Positions 30,215 to 40,058 are shown, counted from the first letter of the stretch. The stretch is DNA of 64,000 nucleotides from Polyangiaceae bacterium (GCA_965222375.1 CBDCTZ010000016.1:896001-960000), one strand, 5' to 3'. Program-made: numbers and translations. The notes: generated by a model from the letters alone, not told the origin.

Positions 30215-31236
30215 CCGGGTCAGAGCATCGTCAGCCGATGTCGGCAAGCGGCGCGAAGGTCGGGACGCTGTGGGATCGCATCAGGGAAGGCCTGCTGCTG
30301 CGCCAAGCCGAAGAGCGCGCTGCTGCCTTTTCCGCCACCACGGCGGAAGAGCTCAAGCGCTTGACGACCGGCGCACGTAGCCGCTGGCAAGTCGCGCGCG
30401 CCCTCCGGGATTCGGGTGAGGCTGCTGCTTCGGCAACCCTCTACCGCGAGGTCGCCATGCATCTCGTGGCCGCGCTGTGGGTCGCTGAAGGCACGGAGCT
30501 CGAAGAGCAGTCGCCTATGGATGCTCTGGAGGCTCGGCTTCAAGACGTGGAATTTGCGGGCTTTTCGTCAAAGGACCTGGAAGACAAAGCGCCCTTGCGT
30601 CGAACGATCGAACTCGCAAACTCCGCTGACACGTTGCACTTCGACGCCATGAGCGCCGTAGACGCGCGTCTGCACCTGGAGGCTGTGGACGCCGCGCTCA
30701 CGCGCATGGCACGGGGCATCGAGCCCCGCTCCGTGAGTGAGATCAAACGTTCTCGCTGGGCTCGAATCCTCGCTGGAGCACTCGGAATCATCGCGCTGCT
30801 CGCAGGTGGTCTGTATCTGCTGCTGGCACCCAAAAACATCGCCTTCGGCAAGCCGGTCATTGCGGACAGCTACTGGCCAGGGAGTGCTCCTGCAGACACT
30901 CTCGTCAACGGCAACATCGAAGATCCCTGGGGCTCTGCCACGGCCCAGAACGGCAAAGCCTGGTTTCGCATCGATCTGCAAGCCCCCATGCACGTGACGG
31001 GCGCGAAGATCGTGAATCGCAAGGATCGATTTGCCAACGTCAATCAAGGGGTAGTGGTCGAGATTTCCGATGACGACCACCACTTCAAGGAAGTTGCGAG
31101 CTCCGACAAGACCAAGCAGCCCGGCGAATCCTGGCGCTTTCGAAAGATCGACGCCAAAGGTCGCTTTGTGCGTGTCCGCCGCCTCAAGGGCGCCGGCAGC
31201 TTTGCCCTGAGCGAAATCGAGATCTACGGCGAATAG
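30211..31236 (+). CDS. Membrane protein with C-terminal discoidin (F5/8 type C) domain
   Basis: GTGA overlap with previous stop (alternative ATG 30238); NIAFGKPV..S, WFRIDL, GRFVRV, ALSEIEIYG. Confidence 0.8.
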   Translation: MTGSEHRQPMSASGAKVGTLWDRIREGLLLRQAEERAAAFSATTAEELKRLTTGARSRWQVARALRDSGEAAASATLYREVAMHLVAALWVAEGTELEEQSPMDALEARLQDVEFAGFSSKDLEDKAPLRRTIELANSADTLHFDAMSAVDARLHLEAVDAALTRMARGIEPRSVSEIKRSRWARILAGALGIIALLAGGLYLLLAPKNIAFGKPVIADSYWPGSAPADTLVNGNIEDPWGSATAQNGKAWFRIDLQAPMHVTGAKIVNRKDRFANVNQGVVVEISDDDHHFKEVASSDKTKQPGESWRFRKIDAKGRFVRVRRLKGAGSFALSEIEIYGE

Positions 31237-31247
31237 GCTCGGCCGCG

Positions 31248-32945
31248 TCAGTTTTTCGGCAGCTCGGCGTTGAGGGGTGGTTGCTGGATGACCACCTTGC
31301 CGTCCGGGAAGAAGTCGGCGAACGCCGGGTCGTGAGTGAACTCCAAGCGTTCCGCGATGGCCTGCGCTCGCGCCAAATCGAGCTTGATGCCATGCGCGGC
31401 GAGATCTCCGCGCATTCGATGGTGCAGGCGCTGGATGCGCTGGAAGGTCGACAAGTACGCGCCACGCCAAATCGCCAGGTATGGGCGGTGATCCATCGGG
31501 TTCGCCGACAGCAGACGTCGTACACGGTTTGAAGGTAGGAAAGTGTAGGTGCTCACTTCCGGGTGCTGGCGCAGCACCCAATTGCGCGTGTTGGAAAAGC
31601 GCGTGTAGGACAGCGCACGAATATCCTGGTCGATGTTGTACAGGACGCCTTGCCGGTTGATCGCACCGGGCTGGTGGGACACGTAGGGCACAAAGGGATC
31701 GAGCACGAAAACGAGCTTTGCTCCTCGCTGAATCGCTTCGATGAAGTCAGAGGTGCGAGTCACCGCGCCGTCTTCGTAGTAGCGGTCTTCGATTTCCACT
31801 GACGAAAACGCCGGGTGCACGCTGAGAGACGCCTGAATGGCCTGGCTGATCGGGATGTGGTTCACGCTGTCGTGGCCGAACAGCACGTGCCGGCGCAGAT
31901 CTTGATCCGTTGCGCCAACGAACAATGGACGCCGTAGCTTCCGGAAGTCGTTCGTGGAGCCGGGCTGGTCGAAGATGTCGCGTAGGATGCGCTCGAAGCC
32001 ATCCGAGCGAAACGGCGGGCCAATCAAGGTCGAATAGTCCAGGAAGAGGTCGTTGATTCGAGGCAACTCCCGCCGCCAAATCACGCTGTACAGCGCCTTC
32101 CAGAACATGTCGGTGCCCGCGAGCAAGCGACGGCTCATGTCCGGAAAGTTCACGTGCCCGAGCTTGAACAACTGCAAGTCCAACTCCGGCACCCGCCCAC
32201 CGGGGTGGCCCGCTAGAGCCGCCATGAACTCGTCGACGGAATAGCCTGCCGCGAGGATCCCCGAGACGACGGCACCCGCGCTGATCCCGAAGAAGAGGTC
32301 GAAGTCGTTCACGCTCACGTTGATGCAGTCGTCGATGCACTTCAGTGCGCCGAGTTCGAAGTAGATCCCCGTGATGCCGCCGCCGGATGCCGCGAGCGCG
32401 GTCTTGCCCTCCACCCGCGGCGCAAGCAACTTTGCCAACTGGTCAGCCACGCGTGCTTCGTATTTCGAACGAGGCTCCATTTCAGGATGCTCACGCAAGA
32501 TGGTGCCCACGCCCCGAGCGCCGAGATCAGCCACCCAGCCGTCCACCGCCACCGGGTCCTCATCGGCTACCAGCGCCACGATGCGATGGAATGCGTAGCG
32601 TGCTTCCACGTCATCCGGGTGGTCCAAGTCGTCGAGCAGGGAAAACCCCTCGGACATGGATTCGCTCGAGCGCCGGTTCTTCGCTCGCAGGTCGAGTATG
32701 ACCAGGTCGACGTATTCGCCGCTGATCGCCGTGTGCACGCCGGCGGTGGTCGTGCATACCAGCCAGTCGGGGTCCACGACGCTGGCATGGGTGGCATCGG
32801 CGGCGGTGAGCCGCTTCGCTGCCAACACTTCCGACAGCGCACGCTCCAGCGTGTGCTCGGGCTGTCCGGGCGCGTAGTACAGCAGTCGCTTGCGATGCCG
32901 CGGTGCTGCGCCGCTAGAGGGTTCCGAGATGGGCACCTGTGTCAT
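31248..32945 (-). CDS. Patatin-like phospholipase with N-terminal extension
   Basis: ASGGGITG, GISAG, YEDGAV. Confidence 0.88.
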   Translation of the reverse strand: MTQVPISEPSSGAAPRHRKRLLYYAPGQPEHTLERALSEVLAAKRLTAADATHASVVDPDWLVCTTTAGVHTAISGEYVDLVILDLRAKNRRSSESMSEGFSLLDDLDHPDDVEARYAFHRIVALVADEDPVAVDGWVADLGARGVGTILREHPEMEPRSKYEARVADQLAKLLAPRVEGKTALAASGGGITGIYFELGALKCIDDCINVSVNDFDLFFGISAGAVVSGILAAGYSVDEFMAALAGHPGGRVPELDLQLFKLGHVNFPDMSRRLLAGTDMFWKALYSVIWRRELPRINDLFLDYSTLIGPPFRSDGFERILRDIFDQPGSTNDFRKLRRPLFVGATDQDLRRHVLFGHDSVNHIPISQAIQASLSVHPAFSSVEIEDRYYEDGAVTRTSDFIEAIQRGAKLVFVLDPFVPYVSHQPGAINRQGVLYNIDQDIRALSYTRFSNTRNWVLRQHPEVSTYTFLPSNRVRRLLSANPMDHRPYLAIWRGAYLSTFQRIQRLHHRMRGDLAAHGIKLDLARAQAIAERLEFTHDPAFADFFPDGKVVIQQPPLNAELPKN

Positions 32946-33054
32946 TGGGGAGTGACCTCAGTGAAAAGGGCCACGCATACGCGTGGATGCTCGAACACCC
33001 TGACTTAGCACAGAAGAACGCGATCTCAGCTAGTGCGATCCGGCCCGCCGTCAG

Positions 33055-33130
33055 GGCGCCGTGGCACTAGGCTTTTCGACCCGCTCGTGGAGATCGAAGT
33101 CTTCTACACCATGAGTCTTCTCATAGCCAT
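33055..33130. repeat. 76-bp direct repeat, copy 1 (orphan copy of the 3' end of the gene at 33849..35510)
   Basis: 72/76 identical to 33853-33928. Confidence 0.95.
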
Positions 33131-33160
33131 TTTGGCAACGCCTGTTCTCGCGCGCGCGGG

Positions 33161-33793
33161 CTAGGGGCTAGACGACGGCGCGTCGCGCTGGGATGTCAGG
33201 TCAGGACAGCAAGATTGCTTGCAGGGGCGCACCCGGGAACGGAATTGGAGGCCACGATTCGTGATCGGTCGCACCACGTGCTTTGCCTCGTGGGTACACA
33301 GCAGGACCTCATCGGCGGTCGCTGCGCCGGGGGTGCAGGTTGATTCGGAATAGGTCACCAACGCGTACTCGCAGTCGCCGCATTCCCTTTCGCCGGACTT
33401 ACGCGGCGAGGCATCGGTGCAGCAGTCGGGTTCACAGGCTTGCACCGCTGCCCTCGGCAGGCCCGACCCCGAAGTTGTCAGGTTCGCATTGGCAGGCGTG
33501 CGACTGCAGAGCAGCCCCACCTCGTTCGCGTCGATGCCGCTGCAGGCTTGCCCGTACTGGACCCGTCGGAACGCGCACCCCGCGCACTGGTTTGGACCGG
33601 AAGTCGCCTGGAAACTCGACACGCCAGGTTGCGTGGGGCTTGGCCTGGCCGGCGAGGAGGCCGCAGTTTGCCAACCGTTTGTCGTGGGAGCAGCCCTGCC
33701 TTGCTGCTGAGCGGGACGCGCGCTGGGTTGTGCAGCACACGCCCACACGCCGATGAGTGACAGTCCCAGCAAAGCGTTCACTCGTCTCGTCAT
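33161..33793 (-). CDS. Small Cys-rich putative lipoprotein with two internal repeats
   Basis: VWAC lipobox-like; repeats C..C.F/Y...Y...C...A.EV.LC...C...CC. Confidence 0.6.
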   Translation of the reverse strand: MTRRVNALLGLSLIGVWACAAQPSARPAQQQGRAAPTTNGWQTAASSPARPSPTQPGVSSFQATSGPNQCAGCAFRRVQYGQACSGIDANEVGLLCSRTPANANLTTSGSGLPRAAVQACEPDCCTDASPRKSGERECGDCEYALVTYSESTCTPGAATADEVLLCTHEAKHVVRPITNRGLQFRSRVRPCKQSCCPDLTSQRDAPSSSP

Positions 33794-33848
33794 TGGGCGG
33801 ACTCCACGAGGGACAATAACCCAGCCACGTTCGCGAGTCGCCTGACGA

Positions 33849-35510
33849 CTACGGCGCCGTGGCACTAGGCTTTTCGACCCGCTCGTAGAGATCGAAGTCT
33901 TCGACGCTATGAGTCTTCTCATAGCCATCTCGAATGAAGCTCTCGAGTTCCGGGAACGTGGCTATTGCCTCTGCCGAATCGAATTTGTCCCCGGTGACCC
34001 ACGAAAACCGGTCGCCATGCTGCACGACCACGAGCTGCGGCGGATCCGAATTCAGATCGTTCATCAACTCCTTGCGAGCGCGGTCGCGATCCCAACGCAC
34101 TCGTTGCGCCACATCGTAGATGTAGCGAGACGACGCGCGTCGCTCCGAGAGCCAATACAAGCCTGGCTCGAAGCCCCAAACGTAGATCGGCGCCCCTTCC
34201 GGAACCCGCTGTCGGATCTCCGTCGCTGCCGCACGATTTGCGTCCAAATTGTAGTCGGCAACCTTGTACAGCTCTCGATCCAACAGCTCCCGGGAGTGCA
34301 GGTTGGAAAGCCCGACCAGGTAGCTCGTCCGCAAGATGGCCCGATCCCAGAACGACCCGAGATCCCGCACCGCGATGCGCATGCTCGTCGCCACGACCAC
34401 GAAGGCCGCAAACGCCAATACGCCGCCGGCGCCCCCCGCCAAGCAGCGTCGCCACAGCTTGTAGAGGCCCAAGCCACCGATGAAGGCGATCAGCGGCAGG
34501 GTGGCTGCGTAGTGGTATTGGAAGAACTTCCCCTGCATGGCGATGCCAGCGATGTGCACGCTGATCACGCCCAGGATCAGAAAAATCCCCTCTCGCTCCC
34601 GAGTGTGGGCCGGCCGAATGACGATCGCCGCGATGCACCCAAAGGCGGCTAGCGCAGAAAAGCGAAAGAACGCCTCTTCCAACCCCCAATAGAACATCTC
34701 CGCTGCGCCGCGCCCGGTCCAACCCAATTGCGTGTAGCCCGGGGTGAACTCGAACAAAGTCCACGACAGCGCCGGCCACGCTCCCTTGGCGTAGAACCAC
34801 GCCGCACACGCCAAGATCGGAATGAAGCTAGCAAAGCCCACCGCCGAAAACGGAATCAAACCCCGATGCACCTTCCCACCGCGCTGCACTTCCGCTCGCG
34901 CCAAATACACCGCACATACGATGGCGCCGCCGCCCAGTGGTGGCTTCAACAAGAACGCCGCCCCAAACAGCATGCCGACGCCAATCCACTGCAGGTAGCG
35001 AAAGCGCCGCTCGAAGCTGCTCACCGTCAGCAGCAGCGCCGCAACCGTGAGCATCCCGCCGAAGGTCTCCGGCTGCCCCGTATGCCAGAATTCCAGCTGG
35101 GCATGGATCAGCGCGCCTACCGCGCCTCCGATCAGTCCGATGCGCCGATGCCCAAAGAAGATCAGAGCCAGCCTGCGGAACGCAAAGATCGTCGCGACCA
35201 GCCCAATCACCTCCAGCAACCGCGGCGCCAGCATCGTCTTGCCAAACACCGCCTGCGCCAGCGCATAGATCAGAAAGATGCCCGGCGGCTTGAAGTCCCA
35301 GACGTCGCGATAGGGCATCTGCCCCCGCACGATCCCATCCGCAACCGCCGCATAGATGCTCTGGTCCCGCCCAAAGGAAAACAACAACACCTGCGCCGCC
35401 GACAGCACGATGACCGTCCAACAAATCCCACTGAGCCAAGCATCGGGATCGATGTTGCGCTCATTCGGCATCACATCTGCCGCAGGAGGCGGAACCGACG
35501 TACTCGGCAT
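33849..35510 (-). CDS. ArnT/PMT-like (GT-C) glycosyltransferase
   Basis: GRDQSIY, PYRDVWDFKPPG, IYVWGFEP; many TM segments. Confidence 0.8.
   Translation of the reverse strand: MPSTSVPPPAADVMPNERNIDPDAWLSGICWTVIVLSAAQVLLFSFGRDQSIYAAVADGIVRGQMPYRDVWDFKPPGIFLIYALAQAVFGKTMLAPRLLEVIGLVATIFAFRRLALIFFGHRRIGLIGGAVGALIHAQLEFWHTGQPETFGGMLTVAALLLTVSSFERRFRYLQWIGVGMLFGAAFLLKPPLGGGAIVCAVYLARAEVQRGGKVHRGLIPFSAVGFASFIPILACAAWFYAKGAWPALSWTLFEFTPGYTQLGWTGRGAAEMFYWGLEEAFFRFSALAAFGCIAAIVIRPAHTREREGIFLILGVISVHIAGIAMQGKFFQYHYAATLPLIAFIGGLGLYKLWRRCLAGGAGGVLAFAAFVVVATSMRIAVRDLGSFWDRAILRTSYLVGLSNLHSRELLDRELYKVADYNLDANRAAATEIRQRVPEGAPIYVWGFEPGLYWLSERRASSRYIYDVAQRVRWDRDRARKELMNDLNSDPPQLVVVQHGDRFSWVTGDKFDSAEAIATFPELESFIRDGYEKTHSVEDFDLYERVEKPSATAP
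33853..33928. repeat. 76-bp direct repeat, copy 2 (inside the GT 3' end)
   Basis: 72/76 identical to 33055-33130. Confidence 0.95.
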
Positions 35511-35660
35511 ACGCCGCGCACGGTAGCGCGCCTTGTCCGAAAGCGAAAAGGGTGTGCCCTGCCGGCTGAAAACGAGGCCTGTCCAGTCAGAGCAGCGCCA
35601 TACAGCCCGTCCGCACTCTGTTCAGCAACCCTGGGATGCGTCGCAGCTTCCGGAGCATGA

Positions 35661-35790
35661 GAAGGATGGGTTGCCCCCACTCGCCTCGGCGGCGCCCGCC
35701 CTCAACAACCGCGGAAACGTCGCGCATCGAGATCGCGCCGCCTCGTCGGTCTCCCCCAAGCCTGCCCCTCCGGGGCAGGCGGAGGAGACG
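35661..35790 (+). repeat. ~130-bp structured intergenic (REP-like) repeat, copy 1
   Basis: First 38 nt identical to 37269 copy; terminal hairpin GTCTCC..CCTGCCCC-TCC-GGGGCAGG..GGAGAC. Confidence 0.9.
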
Positions 35791-35842
35791 GGTGGCGTCG
35801 TTGGGCGATTAGTTTCCAGGGGAGCGCCTCCGAGGCGCGGGT

Positions 35843-36595
35843 TCAGGTGGCCGACAGGCCGCGGCGGCGACGATCTCGGAGATACAGCCCAAACAAGCCC
35901 AGCAGCACAACGCCGCTCAGAAGCCCACCGGCCACGACGACGCGATTGTCAGTTCCCGCATGGTCGGTTTCTTCCTCAGATTCGAGCTCCGCGTGCGCGA
36001 AGTCCGAGAGCTCGACTGCACCATCTGCTGCGTCCACCAGATACTCCAGAGTGCCGTCCTTCCCCTCGGTGACGCGCACACGACGAGGTCGCGCATTTCG
36101 GTCCAGTACAAAGAGACGCTGGTGCTCGCTTGGAGGTGTGAGCCTGCTCGGCTCCTTGGCGGCGGAGAGATCAGCGTATACGTCGAGCTTGGGAGTCTCG
36201 GGCGTGGCCATCTTCCCGAGCGCCGGCCCAAGCTCCCCCGGAGCGTGGACTGCCTGCTCGCCACTCCGCGAAACCACGCGGAATGCACCGTCGGGTTCAC
36301 GCGCAAGATACGCAGCCACGCGACCTGCATCGTCCGGGACGAGCTTGAACAACGTTGCCGATCGCTCAGCCGCCAACGCAGTGCCGCCCGCAACCAGCGC
36401 GCCAGCCTTTGTTGCCTTGCCCGCCGCAGACGCGCCCTTGGCCGCCTTGCCAGCCTTGCCAGCAGCCTTGGCCGCCTTGGCGATGGCACCGAGAATTCCC
36501 GCGTCAGCTGGGGAGGTCCAGAGCGACAACGCGACCAAGCAGCCCGCGAGCAGCGAAAGTCGTGCGGTCCTTCCAGCGATCCAGTTGCGATTCAT
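35843..36595 (-). CDS. Hypothetical exported protein with Ala/Lys-rich N-terminus and C-terminal TM + RRRR anchor
   Basis: Signal peptide ending ADA; GILGAIAKAAKAAGKAGKAAK; C-terminal hydrophobic helix followed by basic tail. Confidence 0.65.
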   Translation of the reverse strand: MNRNWIAGRTARLSLLAGCLVALSLWTSPADAGILGAIAKAAKAAGKAGKAAKGASAAGKATKAGALVAGGTALAAERSATLFKLVPDDAGRVAAYLAREPDGAFRVVSRSGEQAVHAPGELGPALGKMATPETPKLDVYADLSAAKEPSRLTPPSEHQRLFVLDRNARPRRVRVTEGKDGTLEYLVDAADGAVELSDFAHAELESEEETDHAGTDNRVVVAGGLLSGVVLLGLFGLYLRDRRRRGLSAT

Positions 36596-36762
36596 CCCGG
36601 CGCCGGTAGTACGTCGGATCGCCACCAAGGCTTCCTCCCGGACAAACGGTGCTGGTCGCTGGCACAGGTGGCACACCGCGGACCCAGGCGAAAAACCAAT
36701 ATTCATAGGTTACGTAACGGCATGCGTGTTGCTTAGAGCACTTTCGCTCGCGAGGTTTCTCA

Positions 36763-37218
36763 ATGCGAAACATGACGCTTATTGGATTGACCGTGGTTTT
36801 GTGCGCCTGCTCGTCAGACGGCAGTAGCAGCGGAGGAAGTGGGGGCGCCGCAGGAGGCGTCACTGGAGGTGCTGGTGGCAGCGGGGGAGCTGGCACCGGG
36901 GGCGTGGGAGCCACTGACGGAGGCGCCGGAGCTGGGTCCGGCGGCGTCGCCGGAGCAGGTGCGGGGGGTAACGCTGGCGCAACCGGGGGCAGTTCGGGAA
37001 GCGCCGGAAGCGGAGGAGCGACGCCAGGCGCGAAATGCGCAACGTGCTCAGCGCCCAGCGAGTGTGATGCCCCGCTCGATTGCGACCCGAAGAGCAAGAT
37101 CTGCAAGCACCCCTATGACATTGCAGCGGGGATCCCCGTCTGCGACGCAGACTGCAAGGCCTCCGATGCCTGCAAGAACGAAGGCAAGTGCACATTCTCA
37201 AACGGTTCGTGCGTATAA
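36763..37218 (+). CDS. Small Gly-linker Cys-rich lipoprotein
   Basis: LCAC lipobox, Gly-rich linker, Cys-rich C-terminus. Confidence 0.75.
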   Translation: MRNMTLIGLTVVLCACSSDGSSSGGSGGAAGGVTGGAGGSGGAGTGGVGATDGGAGAGSGGVAGAGAGGNAGATGGSSGSAGSGGATPGAKCATCSAPSECDAPLDCDPKSKICKHPYDIAAGIPVCDADCKASDACKNEGKCTFSNGSCV

Positions 37219-37268
37219 GCCGCCTGCAAGCTCAGTGTGACCCGCCCGCATTCTCGAGCTCTCCATGC

Positions 37269-37396
37269 GAAGGATGGGTTGCCCCCACTCGCCTCGGCGG
37301 CGCCCGTGCTGAGGCACCTAGCTACGTCACGTGCTCTCAGACGCGCCACCTCGTCGGTCTCCCCCAAACCTGCGCTTCGCGCAGGCGGGGGAGACG
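37269..37396 (+). repeat. ~130-bp structured intergenic (REP-like) repeat, copy 2
   Basis: Same arms as 35661 copy, different middle, hairpin CCTGCGC-TTC-GCGCAGG. Confidence 0.9.
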
Positions 37397-37597
37397 TTTC
37401 GCGTCAGGTTGCGGCGCCGCAACCGAACAGCCTCGCGGGTGGGCAATGCCAGTGTCCCCGTTGGGATGCCCGCAGGTTGCGCTAGAAGGGCGAAATGGGT
37501 GAGCAGAAGAAGCCGAAGCTGACGGCAGCAGAGCAGTTCTTGGCGTAGTTCGAAAACGCTCTGCACAAAGCTGCATCGCGTAACTACGTCGCGCCAC

Positions 37598-38176
37598 CTA
37601 GAAGTCCGCGATAACGCTGAGCCCCAACCTGTCGGCACCGGTAGAGTGAGGAACAACCCGAACACTCTGGCGTTCGGGATGTGCTGCCACCGGTTCAGTG
37701 TTCGCTAGTCCAATGCTGGCCATCGCGACGCCGGTACCCTGGATGACACTATCCAGCAGCAACAGCACCCAGACACCCGCTGGAGGGTCAGTGGAACAAG
37801 ATGAGTTCCCTCTGTTGTCACATCCGACGCCGCGGATAGCAAGCAGGGGGCCGAAAATGGGCACGTACAACGCCCGCGGTTCCATGCCCCGAGTCGGCGC
37901 CTCTCGAAGCGCGGCGAACCCCACACCAGCAAGGTACGGAACACCAAACATCCCGCTACCGACGAGCACCTTGGAAGTGTCAGGACGGTGTTCCATCTCC
38001 GCCGAGGGAGATTCGCGCTTCGCGGGCGTCGAGCGCATGCCTAAACTCTGCGCCCGCGCACCACCCGCTACGAGAACGACTGCAAGCGCCCCCAACACAC
38101 CGCGAATTCCAAGTCGACTCACTCGGCCGACAAACCGCGAGCCCAGCGTGCCGCCAAGAATCCGCACCGCGTGCAT
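37598..38176 (-). CDS. Hypothetical exported/membrane protein; start uncertain
   Basis: ARA signal cleavage; LYVPIFGP; C-terminal LGLSVIADF. Confidence 0.6.
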   Translation of the reverse strand: MHAVRILGGTLGSRFVGRVSRLGIRGVLGALAVVLVAGGARAQSLGMRSTPAKRESPSAEMEHRPDTSKVLVGSGMFGVPYLAGVGFAALREAPTRGMEPRALYVPIFGPLLAIRGVGCDNRGNSSCSTDPPAGVWVLLLLDSVIQGTGVAMASIGLANTEPVAAHPERQSVRVVPHSTGADRLGLSVIADF

Positions 38177-38253
38177 CTTCGATCGTAGCACGCAGGATGC
38201 GTGGGGCCGCCCGACGCACTGCATTCCCGCCAACGCCTGAGTGGTATAGTGGC

Positions 38254-38724
38254 TCAGCCATCGATCGACGCGCCGGCCACCTTGCCCTTCTCGACGTATA
38301 CAGACACCACATGGTCATCGCCGGCATCTTGCCAGTCGAAAGTGTACGAAAGAACTATAGTCTCCGCGCTGTCGACTCCAATGCTGTGGAGTCTCGCAGT
38401 ACTCCAAATGGCTTCCTTGTCCTCCAACGTCCCGCCGCCTTCAGAGTGATAGTTCTCGTACAGGTCGAAGAGGCAGCTCGCTAGTTGGGGCTTCAGCTCC
38501 CGCAAGAGTTCTGCGAATCGCGCGCACAGAGCGGCGCGCTCTGATTCAGACGAGGGTACCGCCTGTTCACCGCTCTCAAGGCAGGGTCGGCCGATTTCCA
38601 AACCTGTCTCGGCGGCAACCCAGCCGTAGTCGGCATGGCGCCGAACGCTGCCTAGTATCGGGTGTTGAATCGCCGCATCAGATGCTGCGCTTGGTCGGCC
38701 AAAGAGCTTGCTGAGGATGCCCAT
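38254..38724 (-). CDS. Hypothetical small protein, DUF2262/immunity-protein-like
   Basis: MGILSKLFG start, HPILG, ends DHVVSVYVEKGKVAGASIDG; family call is from memory only. Confidence 0.55.
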   Translation of the reverse strand: MGILSKLFGRPSAASDAAIQHPILGSVRRHADYGWVAAETGLEIGRPCLESGEQAVPSSESERAALCARFAELLRELKPQLASCLFDLYENYHSEGGGTLEDKEAIWSTARLHSIGVDSAETIVLSYTFDWQDAGDDHVVSVYVEKGKVAGASIDG

Positions 38725-38880
38725 CGTAGCGCTGCTCACTCGCGTACCGTTTGTGCAGCCGAGCAGCAAGTGCCTGCGTGTCCGGGTAGGGTCGACTGGT
38801 TCCTTGAAACAGCCATGACGTCGCTCACCTGATCGGGCTGGCTTGGGGCGTGCCCCCCGATGCGGTGCTACGCTTGAGCC

Positions 38881-39489
38881 ATGTCGCGGTCGTCCTCAGT
38901 GGTCATCGCGTCGCTTTCGCTTACTTTAATGTTGGGTTGTTCAGGGGCAACGGAGTGCCCCGACGGCAATTGCACGGCTTCAGGTGGCTCGGGCGGCGTT
39001 GGTTCAGGTGGTGTTAGTTCGGGCGGTGCCGGAGGCTCTGGCGGAAGTGTGACATCGTCGCCGAGCGGGCCGCACCCAAGCGTGTCGGAGGCGAAAGCAC
39101 GATGCGCCGAACCGGGCGTGGTGGCGGACGTGTTTGGTATGAAGAATGTTGAAGCCTGGCTGGTGCACCAGTGGTACTTCTGCACCGGCCAGTACATGTT
39201 CCAGGAGCCCCACGACGGCGTAGAAATCGCCGCCGACGGCAAGTGGTACTTCCTCGACCACGTAGGCGACAAACTCGTGCGCCGCCAAGGCTTCTCCGGC
39301 GGCGGCGACTGGAGCATGTACGACACGTCAGGCGTGAATGGTCCGGGTCCACTCTCCGTGCAGGTCAACCTTGATCGCTGGCAAGGCGGTGGCCTCGGCG
39401 GCTTCCCCCGCTTCGCCACGTCCCCGCTCAAGGTGAACCTGAACTTCGGCGGCGCGGGTCCCGCGGAGTACATCGCCGTGGCGCCTTGA
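38881..39489 (+). CDS. Hypothetical lipoprotein
   Basis: MLGC lipobox, Gly/Ser linker, globular C-terminal domain. Confidence 0.7.
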   Translation: MSRSSSVVIASLSLTLMLGCSGATECPDGNCTASGGSGGVGSGGVSSGGAGGSGGSVTSSPSGPHPSVSEAKARCAEPGVVADVFGMKNVEAWLVHQWYFCTGQYMFQEPHDGVEIAADGKWYFLDHVGDKLVRRQGFSGGGDWSMYDTSGVNGPGPLSVQVNLDRWQGGGLGGFPRFATSPLKVNLNFGGAGPAEYIAVAP

Positions 39490-39521
39490 TGGCGGGCGCT
39501 CGGCTCATGGTGCGAGCGCGA

Positions 39522-39941
39522 CTAGACGCAATTCCAGAGGTACATGTCCTTGGATTCGGACTGCGCGAGCTTCGCCAGGCGTCGAAGGTCCTCGAGCAAG
39601 GGCAGCATCTCGTCCCCTGAACACTGGATCTCTTCCGTCGCGCCCCACAGGCTCGCCACGGACTTCAGCTCGCCGTCCGAAGCTCCCCGCAGCCGCTCCA
39701 CGAGGTCAGGCAGCAAGCGCGTAGTGAGCTGTTCGCCGCCGTCCACAACGTTGATGGCCTCGAACTCGTATAATGTGTGGTCGTCAACCTGCTTGCCCTG
39801 CAGAATGTGATACAGCGTTCCCAACTCGAGTTCAGTGAGCCGTTTGTACTGCGCACGATGCGACTCGGGGAACGTCGCGATGCCGTCATAGGCCATAGCT
39901 TCTTCTTCAGTGGCGACGATGAAATCCGCTAGTACGCCCAT
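39522..39941 (-). CDS. Hypothetical acidic protein (DUF1877-like)
   Basis: AAGGAG RBS before ATG; MGVLADFIVATEEEA...LRRLAKLAQSESKDMYLW. Confidence 0.7.
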   Translation of the reverse strand: MGVLADFIVATEEEAMAYDGIATFPESHRAQYKRLTELELGTLYHILQGKQVDDHTLYEFEAINVVDGGEQLTTRLLPDLVERLRGASDGELKSVASLWGATEEIQCSGDEMLPLLEDLRRLAKLAQSESKDMYLWNCV

Positions 39942-40058
39942 CTCACACTCCTTGATCCTGCGTAGCACGAGTGCCTACTCGCGATCGAGGTTCTGCCGTG
40001 CAGCGAGGCGAGTCGTCCGCTCGGCGAAGAATTCCGTGAGTGGTTGAGCGCTGGCGGA

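Noticed and set aside
35661..35790. Hammerhead ribozyme or group II intron end on the minus strand (CCGACGA-stem-GAGG; GGG-GCAA-CCC)
   Set aside because: The catalytic core CUGANGA/GAAA is not matched and no domain V is visible
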